In this document: positions 50,501 through 62,889 of the stretch, piece after piece | Position numbering within the stretch: the first letter of the stretch is position 1 | Layout of the letters: each line of letters opens with the position of its first letter | Source: Takakia lepidozioides | Taxonomy: Eukaryota > Plantae > Bryophyta | NCBI GenBank assembly: GCA_030704615.1 | Contig: CM060731.1 | Location: forward strand, 33,976,001-34,040,000 | Length of the DNA: 64,000 bases | Direction: 5' to 3' | The notes under the pieces: generated by a model | Database searches by the model: none | What the model was told of the DNA's origin: nothing | The model's input: the letters and a program-made list of their open reading frames with translations, nothing else | Program-made: the position numbers and the translations under genes

Positions 50501-53500
50501 CCAACGCAATGTCTTCAGCCGGTGAGCCCCCATTCAGAATGTTCCAGCCTAAGACATGTCTGCATACCAGCTAGCATTCTATCTTTCGTGTATATATTTG
50601 ACGGAAATCTTTTCCTATGGTTTCCCTCAGAAAGTCTACTTTTAAATTAATGGGTTGTGGTGAGCAGGAAGATTAGGGGACCAGGCATACCAGTATACGT
50701 TTCCAAGAATGCCCCCATGTTTTGCACAGTGATGATCGTCAACAAATGTAAGCTCGTGTCTGTGAGGGAGGGCTTTGGTGTGTTTCCTCCAATATCTCCA
50801 GGTGTATTTTCTGACATGGCTACCACAAATGCTACCTACACTGGGGCCTCAGCAGGGGCGTCTGCTACAGGTAAGTGTGTTCCTAACCTATTTCGCATTG
50901 TACCTTCTGTATTCAATGAGGTCTTCTGGGTAGCTATGGTCGTAATTTTGGGGCTGCATCCAAGGGTGCAAAAAGAGCCTAGATGAATTCGGGATAATCT
51001 GTGGAAAGGGTGATGCATGAATTGCGTCTGCAGGTGCAGTAGAAGAATTGGAGGTTGACTTGCTGACTGCCAGGCTATCCACTCCAAGGATGGGTCTTCC
51101 ATTGGAACTTGAACTTGGAAATAGGCATGTATCAGGGCTCTTATCTCTGCCAATACACCCTACTCATGGCATGAACCCAGCAAGCAACAGCACCATCCTG
51201 AGTACGAAGACAGAATCAGAGAAGGTTCTTGGTGGTCCAAAGGGTAGTCATCCCTCTCTGCCTGCATTTTTCAATCCTCTATCTCAAACACCTTATGACA
51301 ATGATGAATGCTTTAGCTTTGAAACGGACGGGAAATTGAGGGCTATAGGCTCTACATGGGAATTGCCAATAAGAAACCAAGCAGGCATGTTGCAGGGGAT
51401 TGTGGGCCTATCCTCAGGGAACCCATCTGGAATCCAACCAAAATCTAATGCTCATAGTGCAGATGACAACCTTCTTACGCCATCACCGACTTCATCAGAA
51501 AACTCTGACCTTGAGGACATGCATGTCTTATCAGTGGGCATTGATGGGCAAGGTCGGATCATTTCCAATTATCAGGAAGAAAGATCATATACTGAAATGC
51601 CATTGGAGGCAGGGTTGACTGGAGAAGCTCTAGAGGTTGACACCCCTCTCGACTGCCCTACCAGTATCTTGGGGGCTAACAATGTGGGTCCAGTTGCAAA
51701 AGCTGGTGACAAAGTGATCTGTACCGTTGCCTCTCCAGAGTTTCCTGGGAAGGAAATTTCAGGTCCAGAGAAGATGGCCATTAGTGAAATCAGCAAGCAC
51801 AAACAAATTGAGAAGCAAGGAGCCCCAGTTTTAACTACCTTTGCAGGCTTGGTTGAGGATTGTTGGGACAAAACTGGCTCTTCATCATCTGATTCCTCCA
51901 CTCCTGCACAGCATCATGCACATGAGACGGTGAGGGCACAAGAAGTACAAAGTGACTGTAAATATGGTATCTTCAACCGGGTTACTGCATACCGAGGGTT
52001 GATTTAAGAAGAGACTTCTTTACCTGCTGGGCAGAAGACCTACATACGAGCTGTAGGGTTAAGCTCCTTTGACAGTGGGACATAGCTAATTGCAGGACAG
52101 TCTGGTTGGATAAAAATGTGTTGTATCTCAAGGTTTAAAAAGCAGATGCAAACTCACAAGTGATATGGATTGATCCTGATAGTCTCTGATCAGGTTGGCT
52201 TGAGTAGTATTGAAGAGCTCCTCGTTGTGAATTGATATGAAGCCAAAAGCAACCTGAACAATAACAACCTACCTAGGGCTAGATGCACCTCTGAGTTCTC
52301 AATGTGAGGCCAAAAGAAAAGATTTAATACTGCAGGATGTGTGCATGCAGATAAATGAGGTGGAGACTCTCCGAATGCAACTAGAGCAGGCATGCATGTC
52401 TATGGAAAAAGCACAATGCTATGCTGAAAATCAAGCTCTTCGGTGTCTAGAAGCTGAGAAAGCTGCAACCAATGCTCGCCGCAAGGTGGGTCCTCTGGCC
52501 ATCAAGACCTCATCTGCCAGATGATTCACGATAGCACGTCAACTTCGCTGCTGGATTTAGATCTTGCATTGGAGATGCGTGTACCTATTACTTCGTTCAG
52601 TGTTGGGTGATTAGACATGCATACCTCCAACACCTTTGTGTAGGTTTGGTTTTTGACTGGAAGCTGGATGCTTTACAATAGAACCAAATTGGTCCATCGC
52701 AGGCAACCCAGCTTGATTGGTTTTCCACTGATCCCCTTACCACTGCACATGATGACATTTTGAAACAATTGTGTGCATGCAGATGGAGAGGTTTGCTGCT
52801 CAGCAGAAAGTGGAAAGTAAATTACGGATAGAAGCCCTGAGAGTTGCAGAGATTGCAAGGCAACTGGCTAAAGAGGAAGCTAAGCTGCGTGATGAGGCAC
52901 TGGCAGCTGTCGTGAAGGCACGCAAAGCTGTGCAGGAGGAGACTGAGTGTCGCAAGGAGGCAGAGGCCAAGGCATGTAGAGAAGCAGAATCAAATAGAAT
53001 GGCAATGGCAGCCTTGCAACAGGCACAATACCGGGAATACAATTTTGAGGAGCTACAGGCAGCATCCAACAACTTTGCAGCAGAGTTGAAGATCGGGGAG
53101 GGTGCATTTGGCATTGTCTACAAAGGAAAGCTGCAACACACAAATGTGGCTATCAAAGTTCTCACTTCAGACATGCTTGAAGACAACCGCGAGTTTCAAT
53201 ATCAGGTTTGTTGCTGCCTCTCCTTCTGAACAGTTTTGGTGTCATAATCCCTCACAGATTTGTCTTTCTTAATACTCTACAATCCTTAATAGTTTAGAGC
53301 GTTAGAATTGCTCAAGTGTATGTTATTCCTCAATAAGTTTTTAGTAGCTGACATCTAGATGGTGGCAGCAGTACCCATAAGCACAACACAAGAGGAAACA
53401 TTGCTGTAGTCAGCTCCTTTCAGTGCATTGCCAGTTTCTAATGGTCGATTATGTACCCTATCTTACAGCCATATCCAATACAGTAGTTAGACTTCATTTA

Positions 53501-54570
53501 GTTCCTTTCCCGCCATACACATGATCTCTCGCGTTTACAAGAGTAACGCAGCAGGGGTCACGGGACTGGTCCAGGTGCATGCCCTCAGGAATCCAATTTT
53601 TTATTTTCCAGATATGGCATTTTCAGGAGCCTTCTTCACCTTTCTCTATGATCTTTCCGCGGACGTTATAAAGCACCATTTCATTTCATTTCATTTCATT
53701 TCTTCTTCCAGAATATGAACTGCCTATGAAGGAGGAAATCTTCCAGTCTCTATCCTTGTACAAAATGTAAAACTTACTTGCTCCGAGTAAAAAGCTGTAA
53801 GGGGGACTTTGCAGGTGGAGCGGTTGGGGCACACCCATCACCCACATATGGTGATGGTACTGGGCTGCTGCCTGGAAAAACGGTGTCTAGTGTACGAGTT
53901 CATGGCCAATGGCAGCCTGGAGGATCGGTTGCTGTGCAAGGGGGACACTCCACCCCTTCTATGGCACACACGCTTCTGCATAGCTGCTGAGGTGGCAAGT
54001 GCACTGCTTTTCCTGCATAGCTCCAAGCCAGAGCCTATTGTTCACCAAAACTTAAAACCAGCTAACATATTTCTTGACAGAAATTTTGTCAGCAAGCTTG
54101 GGGATGTGAGGCACACAAAACTCCTGACCAAAAGAGCTCTAGGTAGTGCTGCCTTGAGTAGTGTCTACTTCCAGGACAGTATGTCAGGGAGTACATTTGC
54201 ATACATCGATCCAGAGTTCCAGCGGACTGGTTCATTAGGCCCCAAATCAGATATCTATGCATTTGGCATTGTGATCCTGCAGCTGTTGACAGGAAAGCCT
54301 CCTGTTGGCGTATATGAGCTCGTGGAAGCAGCTGTCAGTGATGGTTGTCTGGAGGAGGTCTTGGACCCCACAGCCGGAAAGTGGCCCTCCCAAGAAGCCA
54401 AGGAGGTGGCTGGCCTGGCACTGCAATGTGCTGAGATGCGTCGCCGAAACAGGCCAGATCTAGAGACCACCGTACTTGCTAAATTGGACAGAATTCGAGC
54501 TTTTTGTGAAGAAAATGAGGTTGAGAATGTGCGAAGAAGGTCACCGGGTGCCAATGCCATCAGTCTGTGA
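47547..54570 (+). CDS. USP-like + coiled-coil + kinase-domain protein (RLCK-IXb, PUB33/34/35-like, no U-box found), probable pseudokinase; exons ?-48534, 49816-49937, 50397-50521, 50668-50870, 51034-51929, 52351-52485, 52783-53205, 53815-54570; start codon uncertain
   Basis: VVVAVSKDQSSKDALKW and LGITRLVLG...APMFCTV USP motifs; YREYNFEEL, GEGAFGIVYKG, VAIK, LVYEFMANGSLEDRL, TFAYIDPEFQRTG. GT-AG introns keep frame throughout. Confidence 0.85.
48997..49706 (-). mobile_element. RTEX-like LINE insertion in intron 1 of the USP-kinase gene, with 10-bp TSD
   Basis: RT GVAQGCTLSPLLFNVFIN..ALLFADDF..YTYLGVEF; 3' terminus AACGTCTTATGAGTAC at ~48999-49014; GGAGGAGAGA at 48987-48996 and 49707-49716. Confidence 0.85.
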
Positions 54571-55755
54571 AGGAGACAGGGTGGCCCTTCCCACCCACTT
54601 TTCTCTCTTCCACCTTCAAGGTACTTTGATTTTGTCTGGTTACTAGTAAAGTCGAATCGCTGCTCTCTATGGCTTTCTGAGCCCTAGCTGCCCAAGTAGT
54701 AGGGAGACGCTTGTGTTGTCATCTATCCCATATATGCATGCAATGATAAGCAGGGAAAAAAGTACTTCTCAAGCCATCTCTATCACCATCGACCTTGACA
54801 ACCTCAATCACTTCATGTCTGGGGAGATCTAAACATGTAAGGCTCCACGTGTCAAGGGCCTTCCCTATTACGATTTCTGATGTGCTTGGGAGGATTAGGA
54901 GGTACTTCTGGAGCACACAGGTTTCCCCTTCTTGCCTCACCTCTTTCTATTTCCTATTGGAAGGCAATTTCTGGGTTTTGTTGACCTGCCCACCCTTGCA
55001 TGCAATCTGCCTAAACTCTCCCAGTCTCCTGGAATGAGATAATGTCAATACCTGGCATTCGAGAGGCAAAGACTCTGCAAATGGAAGCAAAAGTTCACAC
55101 CTTTGACATCCAGGCAATCTGCAACCAACGCTGCAGAAGCACAACAAGAGCTTACACCAGTGATCTTCTACACACAGCTGCAATGCTTGGATTTGTGAGC
55201 ACCTATCTTGCATTCCCAGACTAAGTTTCTTCTTCTTTAAGCATTTTAATTCCCCCCATTCAATTGACATATTTTCAGAATGGTGGCAAAGTGTGCATGC
55301 TGAAGGCATACAATAACGGAGAGGGTAGTAAACATATAGCATTGTTTGAGTCTCAAATGATATTATCATTCTGAAGTGCATGACTCACGGAATAATAGAA
55401 TTGTGTAAGTGAGTTCCAAGGATAGCATAAGCATCCTAACCCACAAGACAGGTTTTACAGAGCCTAACCACTTGCTTGATGAATTGGTGGAGATCTGATG
55501 TACCTCCTTTCCTCTTTGCTTGTGGAGATTTCCTCCTCGATTGGCGTATCGAGCTTTACGAGTTTACTGCCAAATCCTTGGCAACGTGACTGTCTCTACT
55601 AGAAATATGTCATGAGGTAGGGTGATTAGCCTCTGCAAGCAGCTAACACTTCATCACCGTCTTGCGCCCAAAACGACACGCACAATGGTAAGTACTGCGG
55701 GCGGTCAGTTTGCGAGTATCCACACTCTTGCATGTGGAGCACAGCTCCACCTATC

Positions 55756-55993
55756 GGAATAATCGCCAATAATCGCCAATAATCGCCCAATTTTGACCTC
55801 AAAAAATAAAATAAAATATTCTGTCGAAAATTCCTTATTTTTTCATGCATGAAATCGCCAAACTTTTCCAAATAAAGAATAAACTATGGATGGAATTTAC
55901 GAATTTACCAAATATGGATCATACCAATGGATGAAAGTACATTGGAGGATGATTTTATCCAAATTCCAATGGATGAACAGAATATATTCCTGC
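55756..55993. repeat. Dispersed repeat, copy of 44450-44688
   Basis: Direct sequence similarity. Confidence 0.75.
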
Positions 55994-56341
55994 TGAAGAA
56001 GCGACAGGGTACCCATGGACTTTCCGTCGGTTTATCATCCATTGACGTCTGCCACGTCGCAGAATAGGGCGTCAAGAAGGATACGGTGCCACCGTGTCTG
56101 TGTGGCGCTTTGCAGATTGGCACAACAAGTGCAAGGAAGGCCATGAGTTGGTGCACGACCTACTGATCCTTGTGTTTCTTCTTGTACTAGATTTCTCTGT
56201 CGCTGGAGCAGGCACTATCAAGAGAGGTCTGCGGGGATCCGTGCAGCTCGTCGCTCTATCCAGCTTTAGGTGTCCACATTGAGAATGCTTGAGAGAGTGT
56301 AATCTTTTCTTAGATAGAAGCAGTTACTCGTAATCTAGGAA

Positions 56342-58179
56342 ATGGCTCCCAAGAGCAAGAGTGCGAAAGGTTCGAAGTTTGCGGATGATGCGCCCTGGCG
56401 AGCGGCGCAGGGAGAAAAGGCCATCCCCAGAATTTCTCAGGGAGTCGTTTTTGCAGTTCGGCAGGGCGCCAATTTCAACTATGCCATGAGCATTATGAAG
56501 GTCTCTTCTCTTTTTGAATTTAGGGAAGATGTCAAGCTGAAGAGTTCATCCTCTTGATTATGATCTCTCTCTCTCTTTCTCTCTCCGTCCAACTGGGCGC
56601 GGGGTCTGTGGCCACAAGGTTACGGCAAACAAAGTCGTATGAGTGCATTCTCTCTCTCTATCTCTCTCTATGTCGGATACTCATGTCAATCCTCCTTCAG
56701 TTCAGCATTATGAAGGTCTATTTTTCTCTTTTTGAATGAAGGATCCTCATGTCAATCTTCCTTTCAGTTCAGCCCACATACTGGAACTATGAGCATTTTA
56801 AGACTCCCATTTTGATTCAGAGAAAGAATGCGGAGGGATAGGGTTTCCGTCAATTCGGGTTCAGGAAATGACTCGGCATCACATACAATGCATAAGTGTC
56901 AGAAACAATTGTCATTTAGGGTAGTTTTCTCACCTCCAGAAGGTGACGTGTTGCAGCATCCAGATCCAATAGGGTATGGGCTTGCCAATGAGGCATTTGT
57001 GGAGCCAGCTGGGCCTGACTGCATCATTCCTGGACAACCAAGACCAATCAGGCTATTTGGCTTACAGGTCAGCCTCTACCACCTCTGGATCTGTAATTAC
57101 AGGAGTCAACCTCAGCTCCGGTTAAGTACATTGGGGCCAATTGAGTGCTTGAAGTAGGAAAATCTATCACAAAAAAATTTATAAGTTTTGGGTCCATTTA
57201 TCTGTCAGAGCCACCAAATGACACATAGTATGGGCAAAGAATAATCACTAGGAGTGTTCTAGTTGCAAATTTCTCCGTAAACTCAGATTGGCAATTCTTA
57301 GATGGTTGTGTTTGTCTATACATGTCCTTTTTTCACGGTCTGCACATTGCTCTCTCAGCTCTTTCTTTATTTTAGGGTTAAATGGAATTTCACAGAAGGT
57401 TTGGTTATGCAGCTCTGGCCACTTCCTTTGCCAAAAGTCAGTTTCAAGGCTTTGGAACCAATTGGTCGGGAACTCAAGATGGTTAATAAGGTACCTTCTT
57501 CCTCTCTATCCATCTTTCCCTGCCCCTACAAGCTAGAAATTCCGGTTGGGGAGCATGACAAGAGAGACAATAGCAGACCTTTTTCTGGGACATTAAGGGA
57601 TACCCTCTTTCAACATTGGAGAGATTTTCGTTGCACCACTTGTCACTCATTCCAACAGGCTGGAGCCATCCCTTCCTGAATTCCAGAATTGAACTCATGC
57701 TATGGTAAAGAGGTTTTTGGACAACTTTGTAAGGTCAGTCCATTGTAATTCCCCCAGCTGAAGGCTTGCAATGGTTCCACCATCCTCCTCTCCTCGCCTC
57801 TCCTGCCCCTGTTCTGCTCCATCCAGACAAGGGGCGGGTCTATGGCGACATGTCTAAAGCAAACAGACTCTAATGCGAACATCATTTCCCTCTCATCCTT
57901 GTGCTGCTGCCAAGAATGTCAAGACACCCATATGAATGGACCAAGCACTTTTGGATGTTATCGTCTTTTGAAGGTCTTAGCGATAGCGCCATGTTACATT
58001 CGAGTACATTGGGCCCAAAGAGTCAGTGCTCTAACAGGAGCAAGATTTTGTGTTGCAGTACCTGATTTTCCAGTTCAGGTGTTTGTTGAACTGACAAAAA
58101 AAGTGGTTTTGTTGGCATGTGAAAACAGCTTCTAGACAGGGCATTTGAGCTGATGCAGGCACCCTTCAGCGAGCGGTAA
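56342..58179 (+). CDS. Conserved uncharacterised plant protein, 132 aa; exons 56342-56500, 56957-57067, 57413-57490, 58129-58179
   Basis: DDAPWRA...YAMSIMK|HPDPIG..AGPDCIIPGQ..IRLFGLQ|LWP...LEPIGRELK|LLDRAFELMQ..FSER*. Phase-0 GT-AG introns; resembles a small conserved land-plant family. Confidence 0.85.
56585..56647 (+). mobile_element. Minimal RTEX-like LINE 3'-terminus insertion in a (CT)n tract
   Basis: CCGTCCAACTGGGCGCGGGGTCTGTGGCCACAAGGTTACGGCAAACAAAGTCGTATGAGTGCA between CT microsatellites. Confidence 0.75.
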
Positions 58180-58879
58180 CGTGGCAGAAATGCTCTGTAT
58201 ATGCAGGAAATGGTGCTTTGAGTGGGAAATATAGTCTCTCTTGTTTTGTGTGCCAGTGCCTCGAGTTACTGGCCCTCCATAATTCAAGTGGGAGGAAGCA
58301 TACTTGCTAAAAGATTGATTTTAGTGCGATGCTCATTTTCCAGATGCAGGATACTGGAGGGAATTGTATAGATTATTTCCATCATTGATATATCCAGGTT
58401 CTATCTTGGCGGATTTGAGAGATGCATATGTATTTGTGCAGTAACTTTTTCAGTGGTAACTGTACATGTCAGCAGTTTTCGTCCTGAGCCAAATGTTTTT
58501 AACATGCTCTAAGTAGGGAATCAGGGAAGCTCTGTTGCATGTGGATGTCAATGTATTTGTGTCTGCATTGTGTGACACGATGAACCTGGTTCTGATGGCC
58601 AGGCTATTTTGTCCAATTGCATGGGTAACTACAGAAAGTTGCTGAGGGTTGTGAACACATTTGTCGACAACCCGGCACGACGCTGTCCAACCATAAACTT
58701 GGCAAAGTCCTGTTATTGGAAGTTGACAAGCCAAATCTCCAATTTCTATCATCATGTTTGTTGCACATTCTGCTAGGCTGTGGCATGCCAAAGACCGGTT
58801 GGTAGTGGACACAATGTCAAGTGTGCTTTGGTCCAAGGAGGGAGCAAGATTGACCACACACATTCACAGAGCTTCAGTC

Positions 58880-59420
58880 TCCAGTTTACAGATTGCACCT
58901 CCACTCGAACGATTCCTTTCCTGGTCACCTTTGCCAGGGAATATGGTATGATACATGTTTTTTGTACACATCTCGCAGATTACTAGAATGTCAAGGTACT
59001 CTATAATCTCAGAGCATGCCCGGAGCATGGATTGAAGTTGTCATTTGGATTCACGAAACAGCTGCTAAGTTTCTCTTCAGATGTATTGAGAAGTACATGA
59101 ACCGTTTTTCTTGTTTGGAGTATATGTAGTGAACCTTATCAGGACTGTGTTCATAAACTATATTACACTGAGATCCTAAAGGTCTGTAGACACAATCACA
59201 GGTGCCCTAGAAGTGTTAGAAATGTTTTGGATAGGGATCGTCAACAGGGATTGATGTCACGGATCCAATCATGGTGAAACAATTCTTGTTGTCGAGCTTC
59301 ATGCTACAACAAATCCGTATTGAATAACTATTGCTCCTTTGGTGGGGAAGGGCCTTGTGGCGTCTGAAGGTTCGGTTTGGAAGGAACAGCAGAGAATTAT
59401 CAGCCCTTCTTCAACAGCTG
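58880..59420 (+). pseudogene. Cytochrome P450 (CYP72-clan-like) N-terminal remnant
   Basis: RTIPFLVTFAREYG|gt, then FWIG...DVTDPIMVKQFL and APLVGKGLVASEGSVWKEQQRIISP with frameshifts. Confidence 0.55.
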
Positions 59421-59675
59421 CAAACGAGATGCTTACGGCAGCCATGCCTGGAACTTCTGCTCAGATTCCTCCGCAATCCACTTCGTTGCACAGGGATGGA
59501 GGCATGTAGCAGTTGCCCTCAAGACAGATAGGTAGATAGGACTTCAGGCCTTAGGTCGCGTACCAAGGGTTTTGAGACCGTAGTCGACGGGCCGACTCCC
59601 CTTTTAAAGCCATCACCTTATGGACGATCTTCTAGTTTGCTAGTAATCTGCATCGGCCTTGGAAAGGAAGAAGCG

Positions 59676-60272
59676 ATGGTCGTAGTGCTACCGCTCCAGG
59701 CACCTGGGCTTCTTCATGTTTGTAGAATCACCCTTTACTCCTTGTCATTTGGATCAAACTCTTCTGATGCAAGGAACTGGAGTCCAGCCCATGTACAAAC
59801 TGATCTGCTTGGAGCATCCTTTAAGCGTTGCTTAACTGGCTCAAGGAAGGTGCTTCTGATTCCGAGAGCGGCCCATTTCAAGGGATCGGAGCAAGATGCT
59901 CGTGAGGGTGATGGGCCCCAAGAGTCTGAATGGCTGAGGCAGCAGCTCTCCTCGGATCTGGAGCGGGAAGGGCTTGATTGTGCCACAAGTCGCCGGATTG
60001 CCGATGCATGCGCGGAGGCATGCCAAAAATTTCTCAGATCAGGACATGGTGCCTTTGATCCAGTCGTGATAATGGATGCCATGGAAGAGGAGGTTGAACG
60101 ACGCGATCTGCGAGGGGATTTTCTTCCATTTGAGATTAGCCGCAAGGCCGCGAAGATCCTGGCTCAGAGATGGGTGGGGCCTGCCACCCGGCCTCCCTTG
60201 TACACAGAAGCACAGGACAATAAGCTAGATGTGGTGGATCTCAGCAGGTTCCCAAAACCTCCTTCGGCTTGA
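59676..60272 (+). CDS. Intronless protein of unknown function, 198 aa, putative plastid transit peptide
   Basis: S/R-rich, acid-poor N-terminus followed by the helical domain PQESEWLRQQLSSDLEREGL...IADACAEAC...FLPFEISRKAAKIL. Confidence 0.65.
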   Translation: MVVVLPLQAPGLLHVCRITLYSLSFGSNSSDARNWSPAHVQTDLLGASFKRCLTGSRKVLLIPRAAHFKGSEQDAREGDGPQESEWLRQQLSSDLEREGLDCATSRRIADACAEACQKFLRSGHGAFDPVVIMDAMEEEVERRDLRGDFLPFEISRKAAKILAQRWVGPATRPPLYTEAQDNKLDVVDLSRFPKPPSA

Positions 60273-60809
60273 ATCTGAAGTTACCATTTTGTAAGAGAGT
60301 TCGCTGCTTGATTCAAACCCTGTTGCTTTAGAGAACTGTCTCTCGGAAAGCATCTTTCATTCTTGTAAGAAAACATAAAGAGTGTGTTGAAGCTCACATA
60401 TCATCAGGCAGGCCAAAAGCATCTTCACAACGATTCATTTGTTGAAGAGCTCCATGGTGGGGGTACAATATTCCCATGAAGCTCTTGCGTGGATCATCAA
60501 GTAGGGCGCCATGTAACAAGTCTCAAGTTGTTTAGAACCGAGATTCCTACTTTGTGTTGAGGGTTTGGTTTATAAGAGAGAAGAGAGAAGATGGTTTGGA
60601 AAAACCCACTGACTAATAATAACAGTGTCTTTCCGGAGCACGTACTGTGCAGCACTTTGAAATACAATAGCTACCTGAAGGGGTGAAGAGTGAGTCAATG
60701 TGGTTTACAAAATGAAGCATGAGTTCCCACTCCACAAACTTATTGACTGCCACATTCTGCATTTGCCTCTCATTTTACAATAATTGGGACGTTATGTTGC
60801 ACCTGCGAG

Positions 60810-62870
60810 CTGACCGGTGGGCCCGCTCACGGACGCCCGCCTCCCCCCCTTTTTGCGCGAGGTTGCCCAGCTGCTGCTGCGGCCCCACCAGCCGCGCCCG
60901 CGCTCAGCCGCGCCCCCAGTCCGGCGCGGCCAGTCCGCTGCCCGTGAGTCCAGTTCCCCTCAGTCCGCCAAACCGCCAGTCTGCCGGCCAGTTTGCTATG
61001 CACGCCAGTCCGCTGTGCCAGTCCCCGCAAGTCCACCCAACAATCCGTTGTGCCCGTCTGCTTGCCCCCCAGTCTGCCAGTCCGCGCCGGCCGAAGGATC
61101 TGGATCGTCCATTCTGAGAAACCCATCCGCGCCATCCATGTTTAGGGCATGGAAGATCGTAACATCCTGCCACGAACTCGCCCACTCGTTCTTGTTGTCT
61201 CATGCGGCTCTTTGTTGTCCAATGTTGCGGAGGTGACTTTGCACGCATGTGGCTGTTCTTCTTGTTTATGGCGATTTTAATGACGATGAAGGATGTGCCT
61301 GAACATGAGAGGGCTGGCAGGGCTCTACAGCCACCATCGTGCATATGCTTCCTCTATTTTTGCCTTCGTTTTGTGCTGACATGCTTATTTTTTAGGACGA
61401 TATGTGGAAAAATTGCATGCGTTAACGGTTTGTGGTGTGTGTCCGAATCCGAGCTCCTTCGTATGGAACAAGAAACCATTGGTAACACGATAGCGGAAAT
61501 CGCGGAAGCATATGCACGTGGGGGCGTGTATACATTGCAGAATTTATGTCCACCAATGAGACTGTTCTGGGAAGGACGTCTATGCCACCACATGTCTGGG
61601 AACTGCGGAGAGTGTGAACGGAACATGATCCAGTCTGAAGGTCCTCAAACATCCAGATGCACCTCCTGAAACATCACATCTCAACCACTACATCTCCTTG
61701 AAAACTGGACAATGGGAAAGGAGACGTAGCCTGAGAGATGTGGATTCACGTTGCTTGTGGATGTTCGAGGTCCTTATGACTGCAAATGTGTGTGGATCAA
61801 CAGGCTCTTCGACTGCGTCTGTCAGTACTTTCTCTAAGCAGTGTGTTGTGCTATGAGTATGGGCATATGCAAGTCTGCTGGACGGATGAAATGCAACCAC
61901 GGCATGACGGCGACGCCAAGCGTGGTTCTGATGGGATATCAGTCTGGTCTGCTGGACTGTTGGTCTGTAAGGATACAAGTCTGGTGTGGTGCGAGTCTGT
62001 TCTTCACTGGATTACTGGGCCGTCACTACCTGCCGAATTCCGAAGTGTCTTCTCTCGTCTTATCCCCGAAGTCTCTTCTCTCGTCAGTCTGTTGAACCGT
62101 CGGTCGGCTGGAAGTCCGTCTCTTTAGATATGAGTCCGTTTAACTACTACCTTTTAATTATCCGCATTGTCGTGAGTCTGCTGAGCCGTCGGACTGCTAG
62201 ACTGTCCGTCTCTTCTGATTTCAGTCAGCTGGACTGTCACAAAATCAGTCTACTGTGGCGCAAGTCTGTTTGCGCTGGGTCTGTTGAGCCGTCATTATGA
62301 TCACGTGTAAGTCTGCTGGACCTATTAATGCAACGACGGCGGAAAGGGGCGCCAGTGATCTCGCGCCGCGTCCGAACTCGGATAGAAAGTGCGGTTTACG
62401 GTTTACTCCCGTATCACCCGGCCGCCTAGGGGATACTTTGTCTTTTGGGATATTAGTCTGTTAGAAATCAGTCTGTTGTCGCGCAAACTATTCTGCGCCA
62501 GTCTCTTCGTCAGTCTGTTGAACCTTCCGTCTGTTGGACTGTCCGTGCAGTGGCATATGAGTTTGTTGTTGCGCAAGTTTGTTTGCAGTGGGTCTGTTCG
62601 GCCGTTATGTCATTAGGTTTAAGTCTGTTGGACGCAATAAATGTAGCGACGGCGGTAAGGAGGCCCAGTCACGTCGCGGCACGTCATCTGACTCCGCACC
62701 AGACTCCGCACTCGACTTAGTCTCTTCATCAGTCTGCTTAACCTCAGTCGTCAGTCTGTCCTTGCGGTGACATATGAGTCTGTTGTTGAGGGTACTGGGT
62801 CTGCTCGGCCGTCTTTGTCATCAGGAGTAAGTCTGCTGGACTTAATGAATGCGACGATGACAGACTGACG
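60810..62870. repeat. GC-rich CAGTC(C/T)G motif array and diverged tandem units (GGGTCTG..GGCCGT...AAGTCTGCTGGAC...GCGACGGC); probable TE internal or subterminal region
   Basis: Units visible at ~61870, 62276-62356, 62588-62670 and 62796-62861. Confidence 0.6.
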
Positions 62871-62889
62871 ATAGAAGAAAAATGCGGAA

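Noticed and set aside
54571-55300. Downstream U-box exon
   Set aside because: No recognisable DP..AADG.TYE motif was found.
60719-61669. Several overlapping Pro/Arg/Gly-rich ORFs
   Set aside because: Products of GC-rich repeats with no recognisable domain.
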